From: Deltaproteobacteria bacterium
GTDB taxonomy: Bacteria > Desulfobacterota > Syntrophobacteria > BM002
Reading direction: 5' to 3'
Assembly: GCA_022340905.1 (NCBI GenBank)
Contig: JAJDNB010000037.1
Coordinates: 2,150 to 66,149, forward strand
DNA: 64,000 nt
The notes beneath the pieces are model-generated. The model saw only the letters and a program-made list of their open reading frames with translations, ran no database searches and was not told where the DNA came from. Made by a program: the position numbers and the translations under genes. Each line of letters starts with the position of its first letter. Within the stretch, counting starts at the first letter, position 1. Of this stretch, positions 20,020-29,815 are shown piece by piece.

Positions 20020-20646
20020 TTATCGCCTTTCGCTCTGGCGGACTCTTTCAATGAACTGCGCCATTTTTGCATGATCCTTAATCCCGGGACAGTGCTCCAA
20101 GCTACTGCTGGCGTCCACTCCGTATGGTTTTGCTATTCTGATTGCAGCGGTTACATTTGCTGGATTCAGGCCACCTGCCAGAATGATTCGCCCATAATTT
20201 CTTGCCTCTGCAGCCCATTCCCAATTAAAGGTCACTCCAGTGCCACCCAGCTTGTCTGGTACGTAAGTGTCAAGCAGCAGGGCGTGGACAACACCATCGT
20301 ATTTGGCCAGGCTCTTTAAGTCCTGGCGGTTTTTTAGCCGTACTGCCTTTATCACCGGATGATCAAAGCTGTCACAGTAGTCAGCAGGTTCATTTCCATG
20401 GAACTGGAGAACATCTAAACCGCACATCTCAGCCAGAGAAGACACTGTTGCGCGGTCCTCGTTAACAAAAACTCCCACTGTTTGAACCAGGGGTGGCAGA
20501 GCTTTTATGACCTCTTGAGCCTTCTCGGGTGAAATGCGCCTTGGACTCGGGGCAAAAATAAAGCCAAGGGCGTCGGCGCCAAAGTGGCCTGCAGCCAAAC
20601 CGTCCTCCTCATTAGTAATACCGCAGATCTTTATCCACACAGTCAT
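20020..20646 (-). CDS. trpF: phosphoribosylanthranilate isomerase
   Basis: WIKICGIT signature. The ATG at 20646 is used because the track start at 20661 is a TTG. Confidence 0.85.
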   Translation of the reverse strand: MTVWIKICGITNEEDGLAAGHFGADALGFIFAPSPRRISPEKAQEVIKALPPLVQTVGVFVNEDRATVSSLAEMCGLDVLQFHGNEPADYCDSFDHPVIKAVRLKNRQDLKSLAKYDGVVHALLLDTYVPDKLGGTGVTFNWEWAAEARNYGRIILAGGLNPANVTAAIRIAKPYGVDASSSLEHCPGIKDHAKMAQFIERVRQSERR

Positions 20647-20710
20647 AGTGTTAGCCCACAATGTCCAAGTATTTGAATATCGCTAGTTCATAATCATAAA
20701 CATTACATAA

Positions 20711-20815
20711 ACCACAAAGAGCACCAAGGGCACAAAGAGAAAATAAAACTCAGATTAGCCTTGCGAGGAATTTTGACCAGAATAAACCCTTTGTGAGCTT
20801 TGTGGCCTTTGTGGT
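20711..20815. repeat. Family A palindromic repeat, copy A2, inside the trp operon
   Basis: accacaaagagcaccaagggcacaaagag ... ccctttgtgagctttgtggcctttgtggtg. Confidence 0.8.
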
Positions 20816-20821
20816 GCAGTA

Positions 20822-21610
20822 TCATCGTTTTCCGATTAGTTGGCGGAGCTTCTGTCCGGGGTCTTCGGCCCGCATGAGACTGGTGCCCACAAGTACTGCA
20901 TCAACACCAGCTGTCGCCAGAGACTGCAAATCACTCCGCGTCTGAATGCCGCTCTCACTGACAACGAGGAGATTCGAAGGAATGAGGGGACGTAACCTGA
21001 GGGTAGTGCCTAGGGACACTTGGAAGGTCCGCAGATTTCGATTGTTGATCCCGATGAGACGGGCCTCCGTCTCCAATACCCGAGACAATTCCTCTTCATC
21101 ATGCACTTCAACCAGGCAGGCCATCTCCAATTGACCGGCCATGGCCAAAAGTTCCTTCAGAGTGTTTTGCGGTAAAATGGCTGCAATTAAAAGCACTCCG
21201 TCAGCCCCTGCAGCCCGGGCAGTAAGAACTTGTATGGGATCTATGATGAAGTCCTTACAGAGAACTGGTAGAGAAACTACCCCCCTCGCTTGCTCCAGAT
21301 ATTCTAATCGGCCCTGAAAGAAGTCTTCTTCTGTAATCACCGAGATGGCAGCAGCTCCCGCCTTCTCATAACTACTGGCAACTTTATTTACCTCAAGACC
21401 GGGGCGAATTTGTCCAGCCGAAGGCGAGGCTTTTTTAATTTCGGCAATTACCGCCGGCTTTTCAGCATACTTCAAGGCAGCGAAGAAGTCGCGCGTCTTG
21501 GGGGCCGCAGACACAGTCTGTTCTATTTCTTTTTGAACTGACCTCTTTTTAAGCTCGGCTAGCCGTTCTTTCTTGCGTGCCACAATGTCGTCCAAAATCA
21601 TAGTATGCAT
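20822..21610 (-). CDS. trpC: indole-3-glycerol phosphate synthase
   Basis: 262 aa TrpC-like. The true start may be M4 (MILDDIVA). Confidence 0.9.
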   Translation of the reverse strand: MHTMILDDIVARKKERLAELKKRSVQKEIEQTVSAAPKTRDFFAALKYAEKPAVIAEIKKASPSAGQIRPGLEVNKVASSYEKAGAAAISVITEEDFFQGRLEYLEQARGVVSLPVLCKDFIIDPIQVLTARAAGADGVLLIAAILPQNTLKELLAMAGQLEMACLVEVHDEEELSRVLETEARLIGINNRNLRTFQVSLGTTLRLRPLIPSNLLVVSESGIQTRSDLQSLATAGVDAVLVGTSLMRAEDPGQKLRQLIGKR

Positions 21611-21689
21611 CCATTATAGGTGTCCAAAGAATGGCGATGCCAAAGAATGCTCGGCACGCAGCTTCGGAGTTAAATAGTCAGGACAACTA

Positions 21690-21910
21690 AGCATGGGGCA
21701 TGGAGCATGGAGAAATAAAGCTAACAGCAAAAGCCATTACACAGGCTCGGTACAGTCTTTTAAGAGGAAACATTCTGAATTTGGTATTGCCTGTTGTAAA
21801 TTTCGAAATTATGAAACTCTATGCCCTTTGCTCTATGCCTTCCCAAAGCCGCAATCCGAATTCAGCAATCCGAAATAGTCTGCTCCATGCTCTTTGCCCT
21901 ATGCTCTCAG
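21690..21910. repeat. Family F complex palindromic region inside the trp operon
   Basis: gcatggggcatggagcatggag ... ctctatgccctttgctctatgcc ... ctccatgctctttgccctatgctc, with a loop of about 170 bp. Confidence 0.5.
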
Positions 21911-21925
21911 CTCTCTGCTTTCTGC

Positions 21926-22978
21926 CTATCGGTTGGTTATCTCCCTGAGCGCTTCCAGCTTTTTCATGGAGGCTCCAGAATCGATGGCTTCGGCAGCCTG
22001 CATAATACCTTCGGTGAAATCGTCGGCCCGCCCGGCAGCAACTAAGGCAGCGGCAGCATTGAGCAGCACAATGTCTCTCCGAGCTCCCGGTTCCCCCTGG
22101 AGCACTTCTAGAACTATTTGGGCATTTTCATTGGCGTCGCCCCCTCTGATCTCATCAATAGTTGCACGGGACAGACCAAAATCTTCCGGTTCAATGGTGT
22201 AGGTTGACACTTGATTATTCTTCAGCTCGCTTACAAAGGTGCGCCCAGTAATGCTGATTTCATCAAGACTATCTTCTCCATAAACCACAAAGGCACTGCG
22301 TGAGCCTAGCCTATTTAAGACTTCGGCAAGAATCGGTGTAAGCTTTTTATCGTAGACGCCTAATACTTGGACATTTGCCCCTGCTGGATTTGTAAGAGGA
22401 CCGAGGATATTAAAGATACTTCTAATGCCGATCTCTTTTCTCGGTCCGATGGCGTACTTCATAGCCCCGTGCAGCGCCGGTGCAAAGAGAAAGCCGATAC
22501 CCACCCTACTGAGGCACTCCTCCACCACTGCGGGAGACACATCTAAATTGACTCCTAAATTCTCAATGACATCGGCGCTGCCGCAGAGGCTCGATACCGA
22601 TCGATTGCCGTGCTTGGCCACTCGCAGGCCACAGCCAGCGACGACAAAGGCGGTAGTGGTGGAAACATTAAATGTGTTGGTGGAGTCACCACCGGTCCCG
22701 CAGGTATCGACAATCGTCTCCAAATCCAGGTTGATTTCGTCCCGGTCCATGCTCACCATGGAGTCATCCACAGCGATCCTGGTAGCTTTTCGCCGCATAA
22801 CCCGGGCTGCTCCGGTAATTTCCTCGATAGTCTCCCCTTTGAGCCTGAGGGCAGTTATGAAAGCGCCTATTTGGGCGGGTGTTCCTTTACCGCTCATGAT
22901 CACATCCATAGCGGCTTCCATTTCTTCTTCGCCCAGATCCTTGCCATCTACTAATTTCTGGATGGCTGTCTTAAGCAT
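21926..22978 (-). CDS. trpD: anthranilate phosphoribosyltransferase
   Basis: The ATG at 22978 (MLKTAIQ...) is preceded by AAGGAGGAG. Confidence 0.9.
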   Translation of the reverse strand: MLKTAIQKLVDGKDLGEEEMEAAMDVIMSGKGTPAQIGAFITALRLKGETIEEITGAARVMRRKATRIAVDDSMVSMDRDEINLDLETIVDTCGTGGDSTNTFNVSTTTAFVVAGCGLRVAKHGNRSVSSLCGSADVIENLGVNLDVSPAVVEECLSRVGIGFLFAPALHGAMKYAIGPRKEIGIRSIFNILGPLTNPAGANVQVLGVYDKKLTPILAEVLNRLGSRSAFVVYGEDSLDEISITGRTFVSELKNNQVSTYTIEPEDFGLSRATIDEIRGGDANENAQIVLEVLQGEPGARRDIVLLNAAAALVAAGRADDFTEGIMQAAEAIDSGASMKKLEALREITNR

Positions 22979-23017
22979 GATCTCCTCCTTTATAAAAAAC
23001 ATTCGATACCTGAATGG

Positions 23018-23103
23018 ACCACGAAGTTCACCAAGAGCACAAAGGAAAGAGCCTTACAATTTTTGGAACCCCTTTGTGTTCTTCGTGTGCTTTGCGGTTT
23101 AAC
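23018..23103. repeat. Family A palindromic repeat, copy A3, inside the trp operon
   Basis: ccacgaagttcaccaagagcacaaaggaaag ... cctttgtgttcttcgtgtgctttgcggttt. Confidence 0.75.
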
Positions 23104-23127
23104 CATCTAGAGTATGAGATGAATATC

Positions 23128-23691
23128 TCAAAGACTGAGAAAGTTTTTTAAGATATCCATACCCACGTTGGTCAAAATTGACTCTGGATGAAACTGAATT
23201 CCCTCAACCGGATATTGTCGGTGCCGCAACCCCATAATCTCACCATCCTCCGCCTCCGCTGAAACCTCTAGACAATCAGGTAGACCCTCACGATCAATAG
23301 CCAACGAATGATAGCGAGTCGCAGAGAAAGGGTCGGGCAGATTATGAAAAATTGTCTTGCCGTCATGTGATATTTCTGAGGTCTTCCCATGCATGAGTTG
23401 GCCAGCCCGTATCACTTGACCTCCAAAAGATGCCCCAATGGCCTGGTGACCCAAACAGACTCCAAGTATGGGTACCTTTCGATAAAACCGTTCCACTATC
23501 GGTATTGTTATTCCCGCTGACTGAGGGGTACCTGGCCCGGGTGAAATGACAATTCGCTCTGGTCTCATCTTTTCGACTCCATCCAAGGTGATTTTGTCAT
23601 TCCTCCTTACCTCAACTTCATACCCCAGTACTCCCAAGTACTGAACCAGGTTGTAGGTGAATGAGTCGTAGTTATCAATCATGAGTATCAC
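23128..23691 (-). CDS. trpG: anthranilate synthase component II (glutamine amidotransferase)
   Basis: [12 protein letters not shown] signature. A GTG start at 23691 has a GAGGAGG RBS; the ATG at 23715 is the alternative. Confidence 0.85.
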   Translation of the reverse strand: MILMIDNYDSFTYNLVQYLGVLGYEVEVRRNDKITLDGVEKMRPERIVISPGPGTPQSAGITIPIVERFYRKVPILGVCLGHQAIGASFGGQVIRAGQLMHGKTSEISHDGKTIFHNLPDPFSATRYHSLAIDREGLPDCLEVSAEAEDGEIMGLRHRQYPVEGIQFHPESILTNVGMDILKNFLSL

Positions 23692-23919
23692 GAGCAAATC
23701 CTCCTCAGCTGTCATGCTTAGCTTTGGCGTTCGTTTTTTCTTTGAGCGCGACTGCTTGTCCTAGTTCGAGACTCTATGGAGTGTTGGAGTGATGGAGTAT
23801 CGGAGTATTGAAAACAAATCTATGAAATTCAATATCGTGTCTAAGATCTCCCAGTACTCCACTGCTCCTTTACTCCATTACTCCGGTAGAAATGCACTTC
23901 GTCAGAAGTAAATTTCTAT

Positions 23920-25410
23920 TTACACCAAGCCCTTATTGGCCATCTCCAAGGCTCTAACCAATGCCTCACCTTTGGCCACGGTTTCTTCATATTCAGACTG
24001 AGGAACTGAGTCGGCCACAATTCCTGCGCCCACCTGAAGGTAGACCTTACCGTTGCGCACTAACATTGTTCGAATGGTGATGCAAAAATCCATATTACCG
24101 GAAAAGGAAAAATATCCCACTGCCCCGGCGTATAGCCCCCGACGGCTGGGCTCAAGTTCATCAATTATTTCCATTGCTCGAACCTTGGGAGCACCAGAAA
24201 CAGTACCAGCCGGAAAAGAGGCGCGAAGGACATCAAACATATCTAGTCCGGGCGCCAAATCTCCTTCCACATGAGAAACTAAGTGCATTACATGGGAGTA
24301 ATACTCCACCACCATCAGGTCGGTCACCTGCACGGTTCCGAGAGTCGCAACCCTGCCAACATCGTTGCGGCCCAAATCTACAAGCATCACGTGTTCGGCC
24401 CGTTCCTTCGGGTCAGCTAGTAATTCTTCCGCTAGCCGACGATCCTCGCTGCTGTCCTTTCCCCTAGGTCGAGTCCCGGCGATTGGTCGCAAAGCCACTC
24501 TTCCGTTTTCCAAACGCACCAAGACTTCGGGGGAAGCACCAATAACGATATCTCCATCAAAATCAAGGTAATACATATAAGGTGATGGATTTATCCGCCT
24601 GAGTGCCCGATAGATATCAAATGGTTCAGAGACCAGATCAGTTTCGAATCGCTGACTGAGCACTACCTGAATGGCCTCGCCGTCTTGAATGTATTGTTTC
24701 GCCCTCCTTACCATTCCCTCAAACCGATCACGCTTCATATTCGCTCGCAACATAAGTTCCTGCTTGGACTTTCCTGTTGGCTTCGAAGGAGGCGCAGACT
24801 CCGCAAGTAACCCAAGAGTCTCATCTATTTGAGCAACGGCCTGATCATAAGCGGAAGCATGGTTGACGTATTCGGGTACATAGATATTCGCCACCACCTT
24901 TATGGTCTGTGTCAAGTTGTCGTAGATCATCACTTGCTCAGGCATCATGAATGCCGCCTCCGGCATACCGACTTCATCCGGTTTAGAGGTAGGCAGGTGT
25001 TCAATGAAGCGAACGGTATCATAGCTCAAATAACCAACCAAGCCGCCAAAAAATCTGGGGAGACCCTCCACGGGAACTACCTGGAAGGTTTTCATAAGAT
25101 TCTTTAGGTAGTCGAGGGGCGATGCTTCAAATTTGCCGCACTGCTCGCCATTTCGAGTTAGCTCGATTTTATCACCCCGAGCCTTGACCAATAACCTTGG
25201 GCGATGCCCAATGAAACTATAGCGACCCCAGCGTTCTCCTCCTTCTACACTTTCCAACAGGAATGATTCCGGCCCTTTGGCAACCTTTTTGAACAAGCTG
25301 ATAGGCGTATCAGTATCTGCAGTGACTTCTCGGAAAACAGGGATGACATTTCCTTGCTTGGCCAAATTCAGGAATTCGTCTTTACTAGGGTGGTACACAG
25401 TAACCTCCAT
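23920..25410 (-). CDS. trpE: anthranilate synthase component I
   Basis: 496 aa chorismate-binding enzyme fold. Confidence 0.9.
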   Translation of the reverse strand: MEVTVYHPSKDEFLNLAKQGNVIPVFREVTADTDTPISLFKKVAKGPESFLLESVEGGERWGRYSFIGHRPRLLVKARGDKIELTRNGEQCGKFEASPLDYLKNLMKTFQVVPVEGLPRFFGGLVGYLSYDTVRFIEHLPTSKPDEVGMPEAAFMMPEQVMIYDNLTQTIKVVANIYVPEYVNHASAYDQAVAQIDETLGLLAESAPPSKPTGKSKQELMLRANMKRDRFEGMVRRAKQYIQDGEAIQVVLSQRFETDLVSEPFDIYRALRRINPSPYMYYLDFDGDIVIGASPEVLVRLENGRVALRPIAGTRPRGKDSSEDRRLAEELLADPKERAEHVMLVDLGRNDVGRVATLGTVQVTDLMVVEYYSHVMHLVSHVEGDLAPGLDMFDVLRASFPAGTVSGAPKVRAMEIIDELEPSRRGLYAGAVGYFSFSGNMDFCITIRTMLVRNGKVYLQVGAGIVADSVPQSEYEETVAKGEALVRALEMANKGLV

Positions 25411-25439
25411 TTCAATCGTAAGCTTGAAGTCAGCAGGGA

Positions 25440-25525
25440 AAAAGGCCGTGAGGCTTTTCAGCTCCCACGGCCTTTAATAAAAAAGAAAAAGCCGTGGGCA
25501 AGAAGTTTACCCACGGCTTTGAAGT
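25440..25525 (-). promoter_or_regulatory. trp attenuator: two tandem hairpins with U-runs between the leader peptide and trpE
   Basis: Minus strand: aaagccgtgggtaaacttcttgcccacggc + tttttctttttt, then aaaggccgtgggagctgaaaagcctcacggcc + tttttccc. Confidence 0.6.
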
Positions 25526-25537
25526 ACGAGTCGGATG

Positions 25538-25630
25538 CTACTCACCTGGCAGTGGACAAACTCCTCCACAGACGCACCACCACCAGTACCAGCTGACGAG
25601 AATATTCTGTTTCTTCAAGTTTTTCTTCAT
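25538..25630 (-). CDS. trpL: trp operon leader peptide (30 aa, MKKNLKKQNILVSWYWWWCVCGGVCPLPGE)
   Basis: The ATG has an AAGGAAAG RBS. Four Trp fall within five consecutive codons (tgg tac tgg tgg tgg), directly upstream of the terminator hairpins and trpE. Confidence 0.65.
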   Translation of the reverse strand: MKKNLKKQNILVSWYWWWCVCGGVCPLPGE

Positions 25631-25636
25631 AGCTTT

Positions 25637-25667
25637 CCTTACTTTGGACTTTAAAAAACAGTAGCAT
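25637..25667 (-). promoter_or_regulatory. candidate sigma70 promoter of the trp operon
   Basis: Minus strand shows TTGACA, an 18-nt spacer, then TAAAGT about 12 nt upstream of the leader ATG. Confidence 0.35.
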
Positions 25668-25848
25668 CCTTTGTCAAGAAAAAACTTTAAGGTCATCCCT
25701 CTCCCTTGGCTGCCTAAATTTTTTCATACGAATGTGCCTAATTAAATACTTCTTGTTGTTTCTCAGGGTAATTGCTTGACTCCTCTCCAGTTTTTCTATA
25801 AAAAATAAGCTCGTTTTCTGAGATCATTTACATCATCAGGAGTGGCCA

Positions 25849-25989
25849 TATGGCGAAACATAAAAAGATCGAAAGAAAAAGAGAGCTAGACAGACGGCGA
25901 AGGAGACGAAAGAAGAGATTAAAACTGCGAGCAAAAGGTCTGCTACCGCCTGTGGAGGAGTCTAAGGACAAAACCGCCCCCAAAGATTA
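25849..25989 (+). CDS. small highly basic protein (46 aa, MAKHKKIERKRELDRRRRRRKKRLKLRAKGLLPPVEESKDKTAPKD)
   Basis: AGGAG RBS 7 nt upstream of the ATG. It is divergent from the trp promoter and below the 60-aa ORF-track cutoff. Confidence 0.4.
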
Positions 25990-26193
25990 ATCTTGGTGAT
26001 AAACGCATTTTCTGCCCCCAAACGTACCTACCCTCAACAAGAATAATAAGTATGTTAGGTACAGGAGACAGCTGACAGATACCTACTGCCCTCCCCAGCA
26101 CGCACCCTTTATCCAGCACTTTCTGCCTCCTCATCTAATCTGGCATTGTAATTGCATATTTAGCAAGGCGAAATATCAGGCCAGGAGACTGTC

Positions 26194-26931
26194 ATGAAGC
26201 AGAAAACTTTGCTCCTTTTCCAGCTCTTGCTGGCGGTTTTTTCCATTTATTCAGTCCTCAAATACAGTGGCAACCAGCGTATGATAATCCCTCTCACCTG
26301 TCTTGTTGCCATGTTTTTAGTGGGAAAAGTAGAAACTGCCGTCACCGAAAGAGATAAGCGAAAAAAAGAGCACGGAGCAAAAGGGAGAAAGGGGACTGAG
26401 GAAAAGACCGGTTTCAAGCCGGTCGACTGTCTGCTGAAGAGCAAGAACGCGCTGCTCCTGACCGATGCAATACACTACCTCTTAAATGAATTAGGCCTGA
26501 AGGTCTCTCGTTCCCCGGATCAGAGCTTCATCGACCGTTTGGTGAGAACGGATGAAGACAACCAAGTAACTTTTGGTCTGAAAGTTCTTGGCGATGTTGG
26601 AGAACTGACCGAGACCTGGGAAAGTTGGGAGGAAGTTACGGACTTTGACATGGGTAAAGGGGGAAATAGACGTCTTGTTCTTATCAGCAGCAATACCGTT
26701 GACGAGGAAGTTGACGGTAAGCCGAAGTTCAGTGATTTCTCAACTAACATTCAAAGCCTGCTTTCTTCCAAAAACATAGTCGCCATGACTACCCTCACCT
26801 TTTATAAGATTTATCTGCTTTGCCAAAAAAAGAGTGTTAAACCTGGGAAGATTTTTGATCTCATTCATCGTCACCCAGGGGGTGTTTTTCGCTTGGAACA
26901 ATACATGAAAGGTTCCAAACAAGCTGCTTAA
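26194..26931 (+). CDS. hypothetical membrane protein
   Basis: 245 aa with two N-terminal hydrophobic helices and an AGGAG RBS. Confidence 0.5.
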   Translation: MKQKTLLLFQLLLAVFSIYSVLKYSGNQRMIIPLTCLVAMFLVGKVETAVTERDKRKKEHGAKGRKGTEEKTGFKPVDCLLKSKNALLLTDAIHYLLNELGLKVSRSPDQSFIDRLVRTDEDNQVTFGLKVLGDVGELTETWESWEEVTDFDMGKGGNRRLVLISSNTVDEEVDGKPKFSDFSTNIQSLLSSKNIVAMTTLTFYKIYLLCQKKSVKPGKIFDLIHRHPGGVFRLEQYMKGSKQAA

Positions 26932-27134
26932 CCCTTCTCGCCTGAAGTTTAATCCCCTGGGGACACCACTTCACAGAAATCTCCTGAACTCGAGCTGTAG
27001 ATCTCTTTTCGCATTCATCATGGGTGCCGTAAGCTTAGCCAACGAAGTGTTTTGTTTGCCAAGCTTGAATGTGCAATGATAAATGACAGGTGAGAAATGA
27101 GAAATGGCCTCAGTGCATAATTAGTTTTATGGTA

Positions 27135-27146
27135 TATTCTTGCGGA
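27135..27146 (+). promoter_or_regulatory. candidate extended -10 promoter (tggtatatt)
   Basis: A TGnTATATT-like element about 40 bp upstream of the SSS transporter start. Confidence 0.3.
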
Positions 27147-27185
27147 TCCTTGAAGCGCTAGAGAGTGTAACAAATTGGAGCTCCG

Positions 27186-28913
27186 GTGAATCTCCCTACT
27201 CTGGACTGGATAATTATTATAGCCTACCTCACCGCTAGTCTGATAATCGGCTTTTACTTTTCTAAAAGAGCCCTGCGGAGTGTTGACGACTACTTTGTTT
27301 CAGGCCGTGTCCTCCCTTGGTGGCTGGCCGGCATGTCAATGATTGCCTCCGCTTTCGCCATAGACACACCCTTAGGCATTACCGGCCTAGTGGCCCAGGA
27401 TGGTATCCCAGGAGTGTGGTATGCCTGGTCCTTCGTTCTCGGCGGCGCCGGTGCACTGGGCGCCTTCATCTTTGCCTCCTTGCTGAGACGTTCAGAAATT
27501 ATTACTACCGCTGAACTTATAGAGCTACGCTATGATGGCCCCTCTGCCGCCTTTCTGAGAGGTTTCAAGGGTGTCTATTTCGGTATATTTGCCAATGCGG
27601 TAACACTGGGCTGGATCATTAAGGCAGTATGGACAATAAGTGCAGTGGTAGCTCCCACAATTGATCGCCATCTTCTCTTGGCTGTCATACTGGCGATCAC
27701 CCTTGCCTATACGGCAGCGTCAGGGCTTTGGGGTATTGCTGCTACAGATCTTATTCAGTTTTTCATCGGCTCAGTAGGGTCCATAATTCTGGCAGTTTTT
27801 GCCTGGAACTACATCGGTGGAATGGGAAATATCGTTGAGGGCTTCGTCCAAAGATATGGAGCTGGGTCAGCTGCAGAGCGGCTCAGCTTTTTCCCAACTG
27901 TAGGCACTCCTTTTTTTGTAACATTTTTGGTTTTTATAACGCTGAAATGGTGGGGTAATCCGCCCCCGGCAATCACTCAAAGGATTATTTCTGCCAAAAA
28001 TGAAAAGCACGCCTCCTTTTCAACCATGCTTTTTGCAGTGGTCGCCTTTGGTTTCAATTACTGGCCCATGATCTTGGTGGCTATGGTTTCTCTTATTGTC
28101 TATCCAGACCTTGAGATTCCTGAAGCTGGCTATGCCATGCTAATCTTGAAGCTCCTCCCCTCTGGACTCCTAGGACTGATGCTAGCCTCTCTGATGGCAG
28201 CCTTTATGTCTACCGTAGATACCCACATAAACTTCGGTGCCGCCTACATGGTCAATGACCTCTATCGCCGTTTTATTATGAAAAAGGCTTCAGAGAAGCA
28301 TTACGTCCGTGCCTCACAGATCAGCACAGTGCTAATGCTGCTCCTTGCTGTGGTGATTGCCTATAATCTCGATTCAGTGAGTGATGCCTGGTATTACATA
28401 TCTATGCTGACAGCGGGTTACGGTATTGTGATTGTCATACGCTGGTTTTGGTGGCGAGTAAACGCTTGGGCAGAGATTGCGGCACTGGCGAGTTCAGGGG
28501 TTGGCAGCACCCTTCTATCGCCGAAATTTGCTAGAGCAGTCGGCTACTGGGACCATATTCCCCATTTGGATTGGCAGTATAGGTTTCTCATTGTGGTGGT
28601 TTTTTGTACCGTTTCCTGGGTGGTAGTCTGCTTTCTGACCAAACCCACAGCAGAAGAACATTTGAAAAAATTTTGCGCTAAGGTTAAGCCTTTTCCTACC
28701 CTTTGGGGGCCTATCTATAAGAAGAATCCCGAGTTGGGCTGGAATCTACACTTCAGGAGGGCATGCTTAAACTGGCTACTCGGTGCGGCCAGCGTCTACT
28801 GTTTTTGCTTTGGCACGGGCCATCTTTTGTTCTTGAACTTTGCCTATGGCATTTTGCTCATTGCACTGGCCGTTGTTCTAGCAACAATTATTCTGATAAT
28901 CTGGAGAAAGTAA
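27186..28913 (+). CDS. sodium:solute symporter family transporter
   Basis: 575 aa with 13-14 TM helices and SSS-family character throughout. Confidence 0.8.
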   Translation: MNLPTLDWIIIIAYLTASLIIGFYFSKRALRSVDDYFVSGRVLPWWLAGMSMIASAFAIDTPLGITGLVAQDGIPGVWYAWSFVLGGAGALGAFIFASLLRRSEIITTAELIELRYDGPSAAFLRGFKGVYFGIFANAVTLGWIIKAVWTISAVVAPTIDRHLLLAVILAITLAYTAASGLWGIAATDLIQFFIGSVGSIILAVFAWNYIGGMGNIVEGFVQRYGAGSAAERLSFFPTVGTPFFVTFLVFITLKWWGNPPPAITQRIISAKNEKHASFSTMLFAVVAFGFNYWPMILVAMVSLIVYPDLEIPEAGYAMLILKLLPSGLLGLMLASLMAAFMSTVDTHINFGAAYMVNDLYRRFIMKKASEKHYVRASQISTVLMLLLAVVIAYNLDSVSDAWYYISMLTAGYGIVIVIRWFWWRVNAWAEIAALASSGVGSTLLSPKFARAVGYWDHIPHLDWQYRFLIVVVFCTVSWVVVCFLTKPTAEEHLKKFCAKVKPFPTLWGPIYKKNPELGWNLHFRRACLNWLLGAASVYCFCFGTGHLLFLNFAYGILLIALAVVLATIILIIWRK

Positions 28914-29019
28914 TGAGTGATCACCGGGACATCTGCGTTTTCGAACGTCATTTAGAACAATCCCACGAGAGCGAAACGGGGAAAATCTCCTAGCGGACGA
29001 ATAGGAAGGTAAGATCTCT

Positions 29020-29349
29020 TCACTTGTCGCCGCGGACGAAATATACGTAGATATTTACACCCGCAATAGCAACAAACCCGCCACAGAAAATGAGCAGTTT
29101 TTGGGCATCAAAATCCCAAGCATTAGTCCCCTCTACCGTCACCTGAAAAAGGAGAAGAAGAGCTGGGGCGGAGAAAAGGGTAACAAGTGCCTTTTCCATT
29201 CCCCGGATTAAGAAAATAATGCTGCAGCACACCATAAAACCGATGAAGTACGGGTTCTTTATCAGAGTCAGCATGTCGATGGAGGCAAGGATATCATTGA
29301 GCCTAGCGAAATCCAGGTCTCTTATGGCGGATATAATGTCTGACAACAT
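29020..29349 (-). CDS. small hypothetical membrane protein
   Basis: Three predicted TM helices. The ATG has an AAGGAG RBS, and a perfect TATAAT lies about 50 bp upstream on the minus strand. Confidence 0.45.
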   Translation of the reverse strand: MLSDIISAIRDLDFARLNDILASIDMLTLIKNPYFIGFMVCCSIIFLIRGMEKALVTLFSAPALLLLFQVTVEGTNAWDFDAQKLLIFCGGFVAIAGVNIYVYFVRGDK

Positions 29350-29599
29350 CGTTGGCAAACTCCTTGCTTTTCATTGTACAAGCCAAGCAGAAACAATACC
29401 TTCATTTATTATACCGTAACTTGTTTAGCAACTCCTATGCCATATGTTCCACCTCTAATGTGCTAAAGAGATTTTCTTTCATCTCCCGGTTCAAAATCTG
29501 CTCAGGGTATTCCACCAAACGGTAGCTGCGCCAGTGAACGCAATTGTCCCCCCGTCCCCGAGATCTAGCCTGCAGTATCCCGCTATTCGTGCAGTTTCT

Positions 29600-29710
29600 T
29601 GCAAGAGCCGAGCGACATTAATTAATGTTAATTATTAACTTATTATAAAAAAACATAATTATTAACTATTGTTATCAATAATATAGAATGCCATGAACTC
29701 CACCTTAAGC
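29600..29710. promoter_or_regulatory. AT-rich (about 12% GC) block with palindromes gttaattattaac and ataattattaac
   Basis: cgacattaattaatgttaattattaacttattataaaaaaacataattattaactattgttatcaataatatag. Function is unknown. Confidence 0.3.
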
Positions 29711-29815
29711 TGATTGCATTGAGTGAGTTGCGCAGTGTGAGAGTGTCACCGATTCAGGCCACGACTAATCGTTAGCCCTTCTCTTTTCCTTCTCTTTTCC
29801 TTTGGCAGGTAACGC

